This document shows, one piece after another, positions 12,792 through 25,300 of a stretch of 64,000 bases of DNA. The translations under genes and the position numbers were made by a program. Below the pieces are notes generated by a model that was not told the origin of the DNA, searched no databases, and saw nothing but the letters and a program-made list of their open reading frames with translations. How positions within the stretch are numbered: the first letter of the stretch is position 1; every line of letters begins with the position of its first letter. The stretch is from NCBI RefSeq assembly GCF_026571515.1, contig NW_026867067.1, positions 62,001-126,000 of the forward strand. The letters are read 5' to 3'. This stretch comes from Ruditapes philippinarum (Eukaryota).

Positions 12792-13782
12792 TTCGTGAAG
12801 TTAGCCAGACAGCCGGAACAGCCGGAGTAGCCGGAACTCATTTTTGTCAACTCCAGCTCTTCCGGCTAGCCGGAATCCGGTTCCGGCTATACAGGCTGGC
12901 CAGAAAGGATACGGTAAAACGTGTGCAAAAGAACATTGGCTATTCTATAATATAATGTCAAGTTACTTATCACAATGATCTCCGGCAATTACGGCTGGCC
13001 AGTTAAACAGAAATCAAGGCCACATAAGATGAAAAAAAATGTGTCATGCATTGTGTGTCCGGGTGTCCGTCGGGAATACTCTGGTATTTGCCGACGTTGT
13101 GCCGAAAATCGTACTATACAGCTCATATCTGGTCAATTCCGACTGGCCCCTGTGGGGACCAGACTCAATTCCGCAGAACCGCATATGGTGGGATGGTTAG
13201 GGGGTCTGACCGGGTGTCCGCGGTAATAGGTGTGTCCGTCGGCAATACTCGGGTATTTTGCCGACGTTGAGCCGAAAATCGTACTATACAGCTCATATCT
13301 GGCCAATTCCGGCTGGCCCCTGTGGGGACCAGACTAAATTCCGCAGAACTGCATATGGTGGGATAGTAAGGGGGTCTGACCGGGTGTCCGTGGGTATAGG
13401 TGTGTCCGTCGGGAATACTCTGGTATTTTGCCGACGTTGAGTCGAAAATCGTACAATACAGCTCATATCTGACCAATTCCGGCTGGCATCTGTGTGGACC
13501 AGACTTAATTCCGCAGAACCGCATATGGTGGGATGGTTTGGGGGTCTGACCGGCTGTTTTTCTGGCCAGCCGTAATTGCCGGAGATCGTTGTGATAAGTA
13601 ATTTGACATTACATTATAGAAATAGCCAATGTTCTTTTGCACACGTTTTACCGCATCCACTCTGGCCAGCCTGTATAGCCGGAACCGGATTCCGGCTAGC
13701 CGGAGAAGCCGGAACATCCGGAGTTGACAAAAATGAGTTCCGGCTGCTCCGGCTGTTCCGGCTGTCTGGCTAACTTCACGAA
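12792..13782. mobile_element. Young MITE with ~210-bp TIRs enclosing three ~170-bp tandem repeats
   Basis: ttcgtgaagttagccagacagccggaa... and ...ttccggctgtctggctaacttcacgaa are near-perfect inverted arms. Internal units start at ~13061, 13230 and 13400. Confidence 0.9.
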
Positions 13783-14627
13783 TTTATTGGGCTAACCAAC
13801 TTATTAGAGTTGTCAAAGAGACATCGAGATATTTTTGGACGGGAACTGTCTTAACCAAAGATTTGACAGTAGGGAAAAAAGTTAAATGGGTTAAACCGGT
13901 CACACTTAATTAAATTAGCCTAATGGGTATGTAAATGATATTTTACTACTTGTGATAATATATTTAATTCTCGCAAGTACTTGTGCTACAATTAACAATT
14001 GTATCTACTTAATTAATCAATATTCACGACACAGTTTGGTTATTTTACCAAAAAGAAAGAAGAAGAAGTTCAAATCATTCAGAGATAAACAGAACAGAAT
14101 AGAACAGAACATGATATTTTATTTGCATTAAATACAAACAATATTTATAGCCATACAAATATATAGTCTAAATGGGAATGAACTCATTGTCTTCCTCTAA
14201 AAGCCAAATATAAAAATCGACCTAATTTGTAAATTGATCTTATAGAATCTGTTGACCTTAAAGTAATGAACTTCTGAATAGACGGCCATCTGCAAAAATA
14301 CTAGGTGAAAATTTTGATTCGTAACTGTCTGTATTTAGGACAAACAAGTAAAAATTGATAAGGATCTTCAATCATATCTATGTTACATTGAGTACAGTAT
14401 TGTTGTTGTCGGTCAGTATTGTTATATCGTCCAGTTTCAATGGCTTAATTTTTTGTACACGACACTGACATTTTTCTGTATACATAGGTTATTTGTGAAC
14501 GGATCTTGTTCACATTTTGGACTTTACAAAATTCAACATATTATACTTATTGACTGGTTTTGCAGTATTTTTCACTATATTTCTACTGCGTTATCAATGC
14601 AGTAAGGGCAATTCTGTACCTTTTTAA

Positions 14628-17020
14628 AGGCCCATTATGCCTCAGAAATGTATTTCAATTTTTTTATCAAAAGGTTTTTAATTTTGGTGTATTTTATAGT
14701 AATCAAAAACTTATTCATTGGCCAATTTTACCGGAACCCATTTTTTCATCAGTCGCTTTTTGTAGTGAATGAGTATGCTGTATGTAACAAGAGGGCCATG
14801 ATGGCCCTGAGGTCGCTCACCTGTATATAGCCCCCCCCCCCCGGGCAAATGTTTACCCAAGGGCTTTTATTTGTTTATTTGAACAAACTTGGTAGATACC
14901 CATAAGAAGATGTTTCATGCTAAACATCTAAGTTCTAGCTCATTGGGTTTTTTAAAAGAAGATTTTTTAAGTTTTTACTATACACATATAGTTAAAAACA
15001 ATGACACCCCTGGGGCAGGGCCAGTTTTGACCCCGGGCTTTTATTTGAACAAACTTTGTAGATATTTACTTAAAGATGTTTTATGCTTAATATCTAAACT
15101 CTAGCTATTTGGTTTTTTCAAAGAAGATTTTTAAGTTTTTGCTATACACATATAAGGAAAATCAATGACCCCCAGGGCGGGCCAGTTTTGACCCCAGGGC
15201 TTTTATTTGAACATACTTGGTAGACACCCATTAGAACATGTTTCATGCTACATATCTTAGCTCTAGCTCTTTGGGTTCTTTAAAAGAAGATTTTTTTAAG
15301 TTTTTACTATATGCATATAGGGAAAATCAATGACCCCCTGGGGCGGGGCCAATTTTGACCCAAGGGCTTTTATTTCAACAAACTTGATAGACATTCACTA
15401 GAAGATGTTTCATGCCAAATATCTAAGCTCTAGCTCTTAAGGTTTCTTTAAAAGAAGATTTTTTAAGTTTTTACTATATGCATTTAGGGAAAATCAATGA
15501 CCCCCTGGGGCGGGGCCAATTTTGACCCCAGGGCTTTTATTTGAACAAACTTGGTAGACATTCACTAGAAGATGTTTTATGCCAAATATCTAAGCTCTAG
15601 CTCTTACAGTTTTTTTTTTAAAAAAAGATTTTTTAAGTTTTTACTATATGCATATAGGGAAAATAAAATGACCCCCTGGGGCGGGGCCAATTTTGACCCC
15701 AGGGTTTTTATTTGAACAAACTTGGTAGACACTCACTAGAAGATGTTTCATGCCAAATATCTTAGCTCTAGCTCTTTTGGTTCTTTAAAAGAAGATTTTT
15801 TAAGTTTTTTACTATATGCATATAGGGAAAATCAATGACCCCCTGGGGCGGGGCCAATTTTGACCCCAGGTTTTTATTTGAACAAACTTGGTAGACATTC
15901 ACTAGAAGATGTTTTATGCCAAATATCTAAGCTCTAGCTCTTACAGTTTTTTAAAAGAAGATTTTTTAAGTTTTTACTATATGCATATAGGGAAAATCAA
16001 TGACCCCCTGGGGCGGGGCCAATTTTTGACCCCAGGGCTTTTATTTGAACAAACTTTGTAGACACTCACTAGAAGATGTTTCATGCAAAATATCTTAGCT
16101 CTAGCTCTTTTTGGTTCTTTAAAAGAAGATTTTTTAAGTTTTTACTATATGCATATAGGGAAAATCAATGACCCCCTGGGGCGGGGCCAATTTTGACCCA
16201 GGGTTTATTATTTGAACAAACTTGGTAGACATTCACTTAGAAGATGTTTCATGCAAAATATCTAAGCTCTAGCTCTTACAGTTCTTTTAAAAGAAGATTT
16301 TTAAAGTTTTTACTATATGCATATAGGGAAAATCAATGACCCCCAGGGGCGGGGCCAATTTTGACCCCAGGGGCTTTTATTTGAACAAACTTGTAGACAC
16401 TCACTAGAAGATGTTTCATGCCAAATATCTTAGCTCTAGCTCTTTGGGATCTTTAAAAGAAGATTTTTTAAGTTTTTACTATATGCATATAGGGAAAATC
16501 TATGACCCCCTGGGGCGGGGCCAATTTTGACCCCAGGGCTTTTTATTTGAACAAACTTGGTAGACACTCATTAGAAGATGTTTCATGCCAAATATCTAAG
16601 GCTCTAGCTCTTAGGGTTGTTTAAAAGAGATATTTAAAGGTTTTTCTTTCGCGTTGCCATGGCAACCAGAGTTCTGTATGAATTAAATTCTTTTGAACAA
16701 ATTTTTAAAGGTGACCACCAAAGGAACATTCCTGTGAAGTTTGGATGAAATTGGCTCAGTGGTTTATGAGGAGATGTCATTTAAAGCAAAAGTTTACGGA
16801 CGACGGACGGACGGACGGACGGACGCCGGACGAAAAGCGATCACAAAAGCTCACCCTGTCACTTTGTGACAGGTGAGCTAAAAAACCTTTTCAACATTTT
16901 GCTACTTTTATGCTTAATTATTGTACATTTATCGCCAGGCACTTTTTAAACATCATGAAATTTATGCTTGCACTTTCTAAAGAAGTAAAGCTGTATTTGT
17001 TTCTGAGGTAATATGTGCCT
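14628..17020 (+). mobile_element. Kolobok-like TTAA MITE split by a HINE insertion
   Basis: The 5' part (14628-14785) and 3' part (16882-17020) are colinear with the intact copy at 11811-12127. TTAA on both sides. Confidence 0.8.
14786..16881 (+). mobile_element. Helentron-associated non-autonomous element (HINE; pearl/DTC84-like) with ~11 core repeats of ~168 bp
   Basis: Starts aacaagagggccatgatggccct (hairpin). Subterminal gctcacc at both ends, tandem cores, a (ggac)n microsatellite at ~16797-16830, and a terminal palindrome gctcaccctgtcactttgtgacaggtgagct followed by an A run. Confidence 0.9.
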
Positions 17021-17763
17021 TTAAATTTCCTTTTTTTTTTCGTTAATACTAGTAATCTGTAAAGAAGATTTCAATAATTAGCTTGAATAGGGAGTTTAGT
17101 TAAAAAATGAGATTTACTTTAAAATAAAGGGAAAACATAAGATACAGGGATGTATTTTTAAATTTAATTACATTTGGAGTCAGCAATCACTAGAAAAATT
17201 AAAGTTAATGCAAAAAGAAAACTCCATTGTCAAATCACAGAAATTAAGTAATTTATTTTTTAATATTCCATAAACACTTTCCCTTCCATCGTCTGAGCTT
17301 ATGTTTTAAATACGTTTAATTATACATTTATATTTTTACGGATGCGCAATTACCAATTAAAAGTAGGTCAATTAACCTATTGTTAATAAAGGAGATTTTT
17401 TGGAATAAATTTCCTTAATCAAAATACAGCCCAGCTTGTGCTTAAGGCCACAGAAGCTTTTGAAGATCACATTCCCGACTCTGTTTTAACTGATCTCTAA
17501 ATATATACAGGGTTGACATTTACATTTATGTTGAAAAAAAATTAGTGCATTGGTCTCTTGTCCTGGAAATAAGTAGTTTCGATTTATTATGTAAAATTCA
17601 ACTCTTCAAGGGCGAAAATCGCAGGATCGATGTGCTGATAGGTATTCACCCTTACCACGTGACCATGTAACTATTAGTAGCATTGTAAGAAGAGAGTATC
17701 TTTCTCTCTTACCAACAACATTCTATGATATTCAGTTATTAATATTCGTTCCAGTAGTCATCA

Positions 17764-19029
17764 TTTTTAGCTTGACTATTCGATAAGAATAAGTAGAGCT
17801 ATCCTAGTCACCCGAGCATGTGCGTCGGCGTACCCACTTATGTTAAAGTTTTTGTAACACCTCAAATATTTTCAAAGTCCATTGACATATGGTTTGGAAA
17901 TTTTGCACACTTGTTTAACATCATGACCCCAACTTGTAGACAGGAGGAGGTAACTCTATCAAGCATTTTGACAGAATTATGCCCCTTTTACGACTTAGAA
18001 TTAGCTTAAAGTTAATGTAACTCCTCATAAATTTTCAAAGTCCATTGACATACGGCTTTGAAACTTTGCACATTTGTTTACAATCATGCCCCCAATCTTT
18101 AGACAAGAGGAGGTAACTCTATGAAGCATTTTGACAGTATTATGCCCCTTTTTCCAACTTAGAATCAACTTAAAGTTTCTGTAACACCTCAAATATTTTC
18201 AAAGTCCATTGACAGAGCTTTGAAACTTTGCACACTTGTTCACCATCATGTCCCCAATCTTTAGACAAGATGAGGTAACTTTATCAAGCATTTTGAGAGA
18301 AGTATGCCCCTTTTTTCAATTTGTTTTAAAGATTGGGTACCACCTAAAATATTTTCAAAGTCCATTGACATATGGCTTTGAAACTTTGCACACTTGTTCA
18401 CCTTCATGTCCCTAATCTGTAGACAGGAGGAAGTAAATTATTCAAACATTTTACAGAATTATGCTCCTTTTTCAACTTGACTTTGCATTAAAGTTTGCAT
18501 TTCACCTCAAATATTTTCAAAGTCCATTGACATATGGCTTTGAAACTTTGCAGACTTGTTCACCATCATGGCCTCAACGTTTACGCAGGATGAGGTAACT
18601 CAATCAAGCATTTTGACAGAATTGTGTCCCTTTTTCGACTTAGAATTTACTTTGAAGTTTTTGTAACACCTAAAATATTTGCAAAGTCCATTGACATATG
18701 GCTTCGAAACTTTGCACAGTTGTTAACCATCATGTCCAAAATCTGTAGACAACTGGAGGTAACTCTATCAAGCATTTTGACAGAATAATGCCCTTTTTCG
18801 ATTTAGAATTTCCATTAAAGTTTGCATACCACTATTCAATTGACATCTTGCTTTGAAACAAGTTGAAATTTTATACACTTCTTTGAGAGCATAATAGGAC
18901 TCTCTCCAAGGCCTATAACTCTACCATGGATTTAAAGGAAAAGTATTATAAAATTTTACATTATCAAAGATCTTTTACTATCAAACACTAAGAATAGTCG
19001 AGCGTGCTGTCCTTCCGACAGCTCTTGTT
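17764..19029 (-). mobile_element. Second HINE family, opposite orientation, 6 core repeats of ~162 bp
   Basis: Ends tttttagcttgactattc... and ...gaatagtcgagcgtgctgtccttccgacagctcttgtt. Core aaatattttcaaagtccattgacatatgg recurs at ~17864, 18027, 18191, 18346, 18509 and 18673. Confidence 0.88.
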
Positions 19030-19413
19030 ATTTTTAACATTTTTTATTCCTTGTTTGTGAAACAATTATTAACAAGAAATAAAAAAGACAATGTATTGTC
19101 TTGACCCCAAACTTTAAATCGGTTTACCTACAAACTTAAACACTTAGCACTGAGGAGAAAAAATATAAAATCACTTAACCATTTCATTATATTTCTTACT
19201 TCCTCTTACTTGTATGATATTTTTCATGCGGTTAAGATAATTAATTTCCACATTTAAAGAATGTTTTCTCTCTGCACTTAAATTTTTCATGGAAAGAACT
19301 CTTATTTTTCAACCACGTATTTTGTTATCCAGATTGGGTTCTTCTTATACTTTTTTTTTATTTTTCCTTCTTTCCTATAGTTGTTTTGTTAAAATTGTAT
19401 CACTGTTGTACAG

Positions 19414-19868
19414 CGTCCACCGGATATAGACCCTAAGAATACCGAAAACGAAAGTAGAAAGCTGCACACCGAGTACACCCAAGGTGATGTTTTAACTTAT
19501 TTCTTCATGTGTAGCTTATTGAGGAGCTACAGTAATTGCAAAAATGGACAAATACCTTAGAAAGAAATAGTTAATGTATTTTAGTGTTGCTTGGTATACT
19601 TCTTTTTCACTCCACATACCACCTTTTATCAATAGAACATTTACAAGATTGGTGTATATCGGCAGAGAATGACCCGTGCATGTCCAAAGAGAGTACCGTG
19701 TCAGTAAATGTCGCAAAGAAGGTATGGATATGCACCACGAGATACACGTGTGTCCTTTCTACAGATTTGGAAATTTATTCATTCTGCATGAAGTGTGCCT
19801 TTAATTTTGTTCATTATATACAGGTGCCGGCATGCCCGAGCGGTACACACATCGGACAAGTAATCTAA
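19414..19868 (+). CDS. Possible three-exon 3' gene fragment, product unknown
   Basis: AG/GT-bounded segments 19414-19483, 19636-19721 and 19824-19868 join in compatible phases: RPPDIDPKNTENESRKLHTEYTQEHLQDWCISAENDPCMSKESTVSVNVAKKVPACPSGTHIGQVI*. No recognisable domain. Confidence 0.3.
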
Positions 19869-20176
19869 GGATTGATACATACATATATTTGTATCATAGT
19901 TTGGGGACCTTTCTGTTTAAAATGTGTCAGAGTTAAATCGTATACTTAACATGCATTTCTGCGTTAACTGGAGTGCAGGTATTAGTTACCCGCACTGCAG
20001 AGTATGCCCATTGATTGGTTCATTTTTTATCTGGGGTTACATATTGTGATGACGGGGAAAGGGAAAGCGATAGGAATATATCCTATTCAGATGCTTGTTC
20101 ATTGGTTCCTTTTTCTGGGGTTTCATATTGTGACATCAGGGAACGTGTTTTTATGTTTGACTATGATACAAAAGAG

Positions 20177-20270
20177 AAAGAACATCAAAACACTCGGCAA
20201 TCTGATTAATACTCGGGGGCTACGCCCCCTCGTACAAATCAGATAGCCTCGTGTTTCGATGTTCTTTCTA
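20177..20270. mobile_element. Small hairpin MITE remnant
   Basis: aagaacatcaaaacactcggcaatctgat ... atcagatagcctcgtgtttcgatgttctt inverted arms. Confidence 0.6.
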
Positions 20271-21993
20271 TTACATATATGATAAATGGCGCTTAATTAA
20301 TGTTATTCCACTTTTTACATCTAAATTTTAAGCTATAGTTTCAAATACGTATTTGATATTCATTACTTAATGTTTGATATGACAGTACTTGTAATAGGGT
20401 ATTGAACATAACGCAAGTTGTTCTTTAATATCAAATATACTTGTTCTCGTCCGACTAATATGCAACGTTTACAAACCCTTTATAAAGGCATAACTTGTAT
20501 TTTATACAAATTAAAATTTGTACAATTTCTTTTTTACTAGTCTTTACCCTTGAGAAAATAATTACTATGTCCTCTGTCCACTGAGTGTGACAGGGTGTTT
20601 ATTTTTAGAAATGGGTTTTTTCCTTCAACTATTTTCTATTTAAAATAATTATAACAGATAGTTTGACCGTGAAGTTTAAGTGTCAATTTTGACGTAAAAT
20701 CCATTTTAGTCAACATTAAATCGTTCGCTAAAAAATGGACATGCTATTAATCATGTAAAGCTACCTTAAACGTGTGTTAAATGAATGAATTATGCATTAA
20801 CAACTTGTATAAAATCGAAAGTTGAAAGTTCCAAAAAAAGAAAGTAGGGGTTACGCATTAAAATTCCCCATTTCGGGGTAATCGTTTAGGAAAAGATTTT
20901 GATATTGGAGAAACACCCTCAAATTTTTTTAATTTTTCCTTTTTAGTGATAAATTTTAATGGGAAATAGAAAATTAAAATTTTCTTCCCTTTGATAAAAT
21001 TTAAAAAACCCCGCCCAAATTTGATATGTAGACCAATACCCGGGCCCATCCTTCGCCTGTATAATACGAAGCCCTAGCGCACAATGTGTTGGGCTAATCA
21101 ACTAATTAGAGTTGTCAAAGAGATATTGAGATATTTTTTGGACGGGCGATGTCTTTTCTAAAGATTTGACAGGGGAAAATAGTTAAATTGGTCAAACCGG
21201 TCACGCTTAATTAAATTAACCTAATGGGAATATAAATGATAATTGATGTTTTACTATTTATGTAAAAGGATAGTTATAATGCAAGTACTTGTGCTACATT
21301 TAACAATTGTATATCTACTTAATTAATCAATATTCACGACACGGTTTGGTTATATATCCAAAAAGAAAGAAGAATAAGGTCAAATCATTCAGAGCCCATC
21401 TAGTTTTTGAGTTATCTGCCCTTGAATTTGATGGGTTTTTTTGTCTGTTCAAAAACAGTTTAATCTGATTTTATTTATCTATTTTCTTTACAATTGATTC
21501 ATAATTGGGCACAAATCAAACTAAATGGAATAATATAAAGCATGATTTATTTATTGTAATTATTATATTTCTTTCTCGTTTTATTTTCAAAAATAGGCCC
21601 GTTTTAGGGTTTTTAATTTTCTTTCTTTTCTTTTTCTGAACCATTCCTTGAAACGTCAAACATTTAAAAGGAAGTCGGGTACATGAAAAATAGAAAATGC
21701 CTTGCTAACCTTAAATGTGAATTACTTGCCCTTAAAATAACATCCTCCCCAAAAATGAAGAAAAAAAATGAAAAAGACTAAAATTACGAGCAAGTGATCG
21801 GCGACCATAGTTCGTGTTTTCGCTGTTATGTTTCGAACTGTTATACTCGTAACAGTCAAAACCTGTGAAAAAGCTCAATAAATCTTATTGATCATTATTT
21901 TTTTCTAACTAACTATGCCGAAAAGACAACAGTCTTAATCTGTCACGTATATTATGTCTATTTTCTTGGAGAGTATCCAAATATTCATTATCA

Positions 21994-22328
21994 TATGGTG
22001 GCTGATTTGGTACACTTTGCGCAATGCGTTTTCGATAGCGACAATACAACCTATATCGTTATCGCCATTTCGTCTTGTCGTCGCACTGTCGTCTTGTCTC
22101 TAGCGAAGCGCGCCCTGTCGCGATGTCGCCCTGTCGCTTGGCTTATAAGCCAATCCTTCGATTTAAGCCGAGGGAAAATGTGACATCGCGACAACACGCT
22201 CCATTTTGGCGAGCATAGTTAGCGACAGGATCACAAGACGAAAGTCCGACAACGCGCCGTTTGGCGCTTTCTCGTGATGTCGCTAGCGACAACACGACGC
22301 ACAAAAGCTTTCCAAACCAGCCGCCATA
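21994..22328. mobile_element. IS3EU-like MITE (TATGG..CCATA, 6-bp TSD)
   Basis: TIRs tatggtggctgatttgg / ccaaaccagccgccata. Direct repeat ttatca at 21988-21993 and 22329-22334. Confidence 0.8.
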
Positions 22329-22392
22329 TTATCACACGTTGTGCTTCTGCTCGAAACATGTCTAACATAAAACTTTCTCTTTTCACAAACAG

Positions 22393-25300
22393 ATATTACG
22401 TCATGGGCTGATGTTCAAATCTCAACATGTGACGCACCAATAGCTTATAAACCATTTTCACTTTGCTGCTACACGGAAAATTTACCAAGTGGTGCATCAG
22501 TATTTTTCTCAAACAACTCCGGTCATTTAGCCAGGATAGGGCCATCTTGTGACATTTGGTATTATGGCGTCGGCGAAGCTTCCGGTTTGATACTGAGTTG
22601 TACCAAAAAGGGGAACGCTACGGTTTACAGTTTAACGCTACAGAACAAAATTTTTACAGACTACGCAGACGACATCTTTGAATGTGGTTTCTATGGTAAC
22701 AAGTCAAGAACAACAATAACCGGTAAAATTTGAGTGTAAATTTAAACTTGTATCTAGAGTATTTACAGATTTGTAAGTAGGCCTAAATGTATCATATTTA
22801 ATTTTTTTACGTACGCGCGCAAGCTATCATAATCTGTCTATCTTTCATTATCTAATACAGTCATTAAATAAAGCATGTTAGCTTGTAAGCTCTATTATTT
22901 GATTATGCATGATTGTACGTTTCGGTCGTGTTATTTACCAATTACAAAGCTTCCTGATTTTTTCTTCAGTCCTAGATAGTCATACCACAAGAGTTTTCAT
23001 ACCTGGTTCAAGTCCTGTGTTGTATTACAAGTTACTAAATAGTTTGGCAAGTAACATAAGATTATACATGCTCCAGTCTAACGTTACACTCCTTGAAGTC
23101 GATCAAAAAAACAACGTGGCGTACTATGATACTGGCATTATGTTCAACGGAAATGTTCATCAAAACAACTTCTCCGCAATAATTCTAAACTTACAAAGAC
23201 AAAGGAACGGGACTTATGTCTGTGAATACACTATTGATGATGGCACAACTGTACGAGACGGCATAACTGTTGGTGTACTAGGTAAACCTTTATAGGTTTT
23301 GATTTATTTTTACTTCACTATTCTATTTTTGTTTTTTACTAAATAATCTTATATTCTTCTCATTTCACTGGTTAAAGTAAATCATATGAGCATGCTTTAG
23401 AGTTTGCAATACCTTTTACAGGAAACCCAAAGGTGCCAGAAATTAGAAATACCACGTGGAAAGTGTCCGGAAGTAAAATATCCGGAAATGTGACATGTGA
23501 CGCAGTTTCCGGTTCCGCTGCTCCACTTTTCTTCAAGCCTCTTTTCATGACTAAATGGGTCATTCCATCTAAAGACGATTGGCCGGAAGGAAACAAAGGT
23601 TACGATTCAACAAGCAATGGATCTTCAGCTTACATATCAAACGTTGAATGTAGCACTACAAATTTACTGCCGATATATTGCTCAGTGTCCGAAAGTGATT
23701 TAATTTCAGACAGAAGTCCAGGGCTTTTTCCAAACATAATATGCAAGTATTTTCGATTTTATCATATGAATGTGTGGTTAAGCATTTGTATAATGGGAAA
23801 ATTAGGATATTAACTTAACAATTGACTAATGATTAAATCACTATTTATATTTCCAAGCCTGTTGATAAAAAATTGTGATGTCAAAAGTTCAGAGATTATG
23901 TTCTTGAAGACCCTGTAGCGCATGATACTGTTTTATTTGCTTGGCATCAATGGATATGTCAAACTCAATACCAACATGTTCTTTATAAATTGAATGAGCC
24001 ACTTCTGAATTTGTTTGATAAGGCAAATACACATAAGGTGATCAAGTTGTTGACTTGCACCTTCAGCCTGAAATTGTCCGTCCGCTTAGCTCAATACAAT
24101 AAGCATCGGATAATTATTTCAGAGGTGGCAGGTTTGATCCTCGGACCAGGCGTAATTTCTCCGTGACAAATAATCTCGGACATTGGACATTGAGTCTAAA
24201 GGTCATTTGAGCCGCGTCACGACAAAACCAACATAATGGGTTTGCGACCAGCATGGATCGAGAGCAGCCTGCGCATCCGCGCAGTCTGATCAGGATCCAT
24301 GCTGTTGTCTTACCAACTCTATTACAAGTAAAGAAACTGATAGCGAACAGCATGGATCCTGATCAGACTGCGCGGAAGCGCAGGCTGGTCTGGATCCATG
24401 CTGGTCGCAAACGCATTATGTTGGTTTTGTCGTGACGCGGCTCATTTGTCCCTCACCGTTGATTCAAAAATTATGCAGGATTAGTAAGTGGTCACTTTTG
24501 GAGAAATTGGTAATTACCGGTTTGTAATCCAGCCTACCAGGACTGTCATAGTTCATATGTGTGGAAATAATGTAAAAAAGGGAGAGAAAAAAATATAAAA
24601 AACTTACGAGTAAAATGTGTATGTATTATTTCATTTTAACAAATCATATAATATTTTGATAAAGGTTCTGAATTAGGAGTGTCAAAACCAGTAAGTGATG
24701 ACGACGATCTTGGTGACTCAACATTCAGAGCTCTCGTTATTGTCATATGTATCTCAGGTATATATTTTCTAACCATTTGTTGGGGGTTAGTTTACCCAAA
24801 ACATGCTGATTTTCTTAATGAATTTGCAAACTGACATGGCTCTATACTTGTGGCAAACACTAATAATTTCCCGTTCGAGCAGATCAATGGTTAAATAGAG
24901 TTTCGCTTTTCTGGTTGCGGTGGACTTTAGGTACTGTTCCAGACACAGGGTGATGTAATATCACGTTAAAAATGACCCATGAAGTAATTTTCAATGCTTG
25001 ATTCGATCAAACTAAGATGTAAAACTGATCAAAACGTAGCAGTTTTTATCAGTCCCGTTTGATATTGAGCCTACGGGTGTTTTCTTTTCGACTTTCACGG
25101 TTGGCAGGTGGGATCACAGTCCGTCTGTAAGCTGGCTGTATAGCGTCTCAAAAGTAAATAAAATTATGTCTCTGACAAGATTCTAACACAAACACAAATG
25201 GGTGAATGTTCGTCTTAATTACAGTGTTCCATTACCATTTTGAAGTACGATATTCATACACTGTATTAAGAAACCGCTCAAGAAACGTAAACACAAATGG

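Noticed and set aside
12975-13773. Cluster of overlapping ORFs in GC-richer sequence
   Set aside because: They lie entirely within the TIRs and tandem units of a MITE, and no domain is recognisable.
24114-24435. Recurring short ORFs such as MDPDQTAR.. and LIRIHAV.. (also near 25490, 44372 and 62194)
   Set aside because: Chance frames in the palindromic GAG..CTC MITE family.
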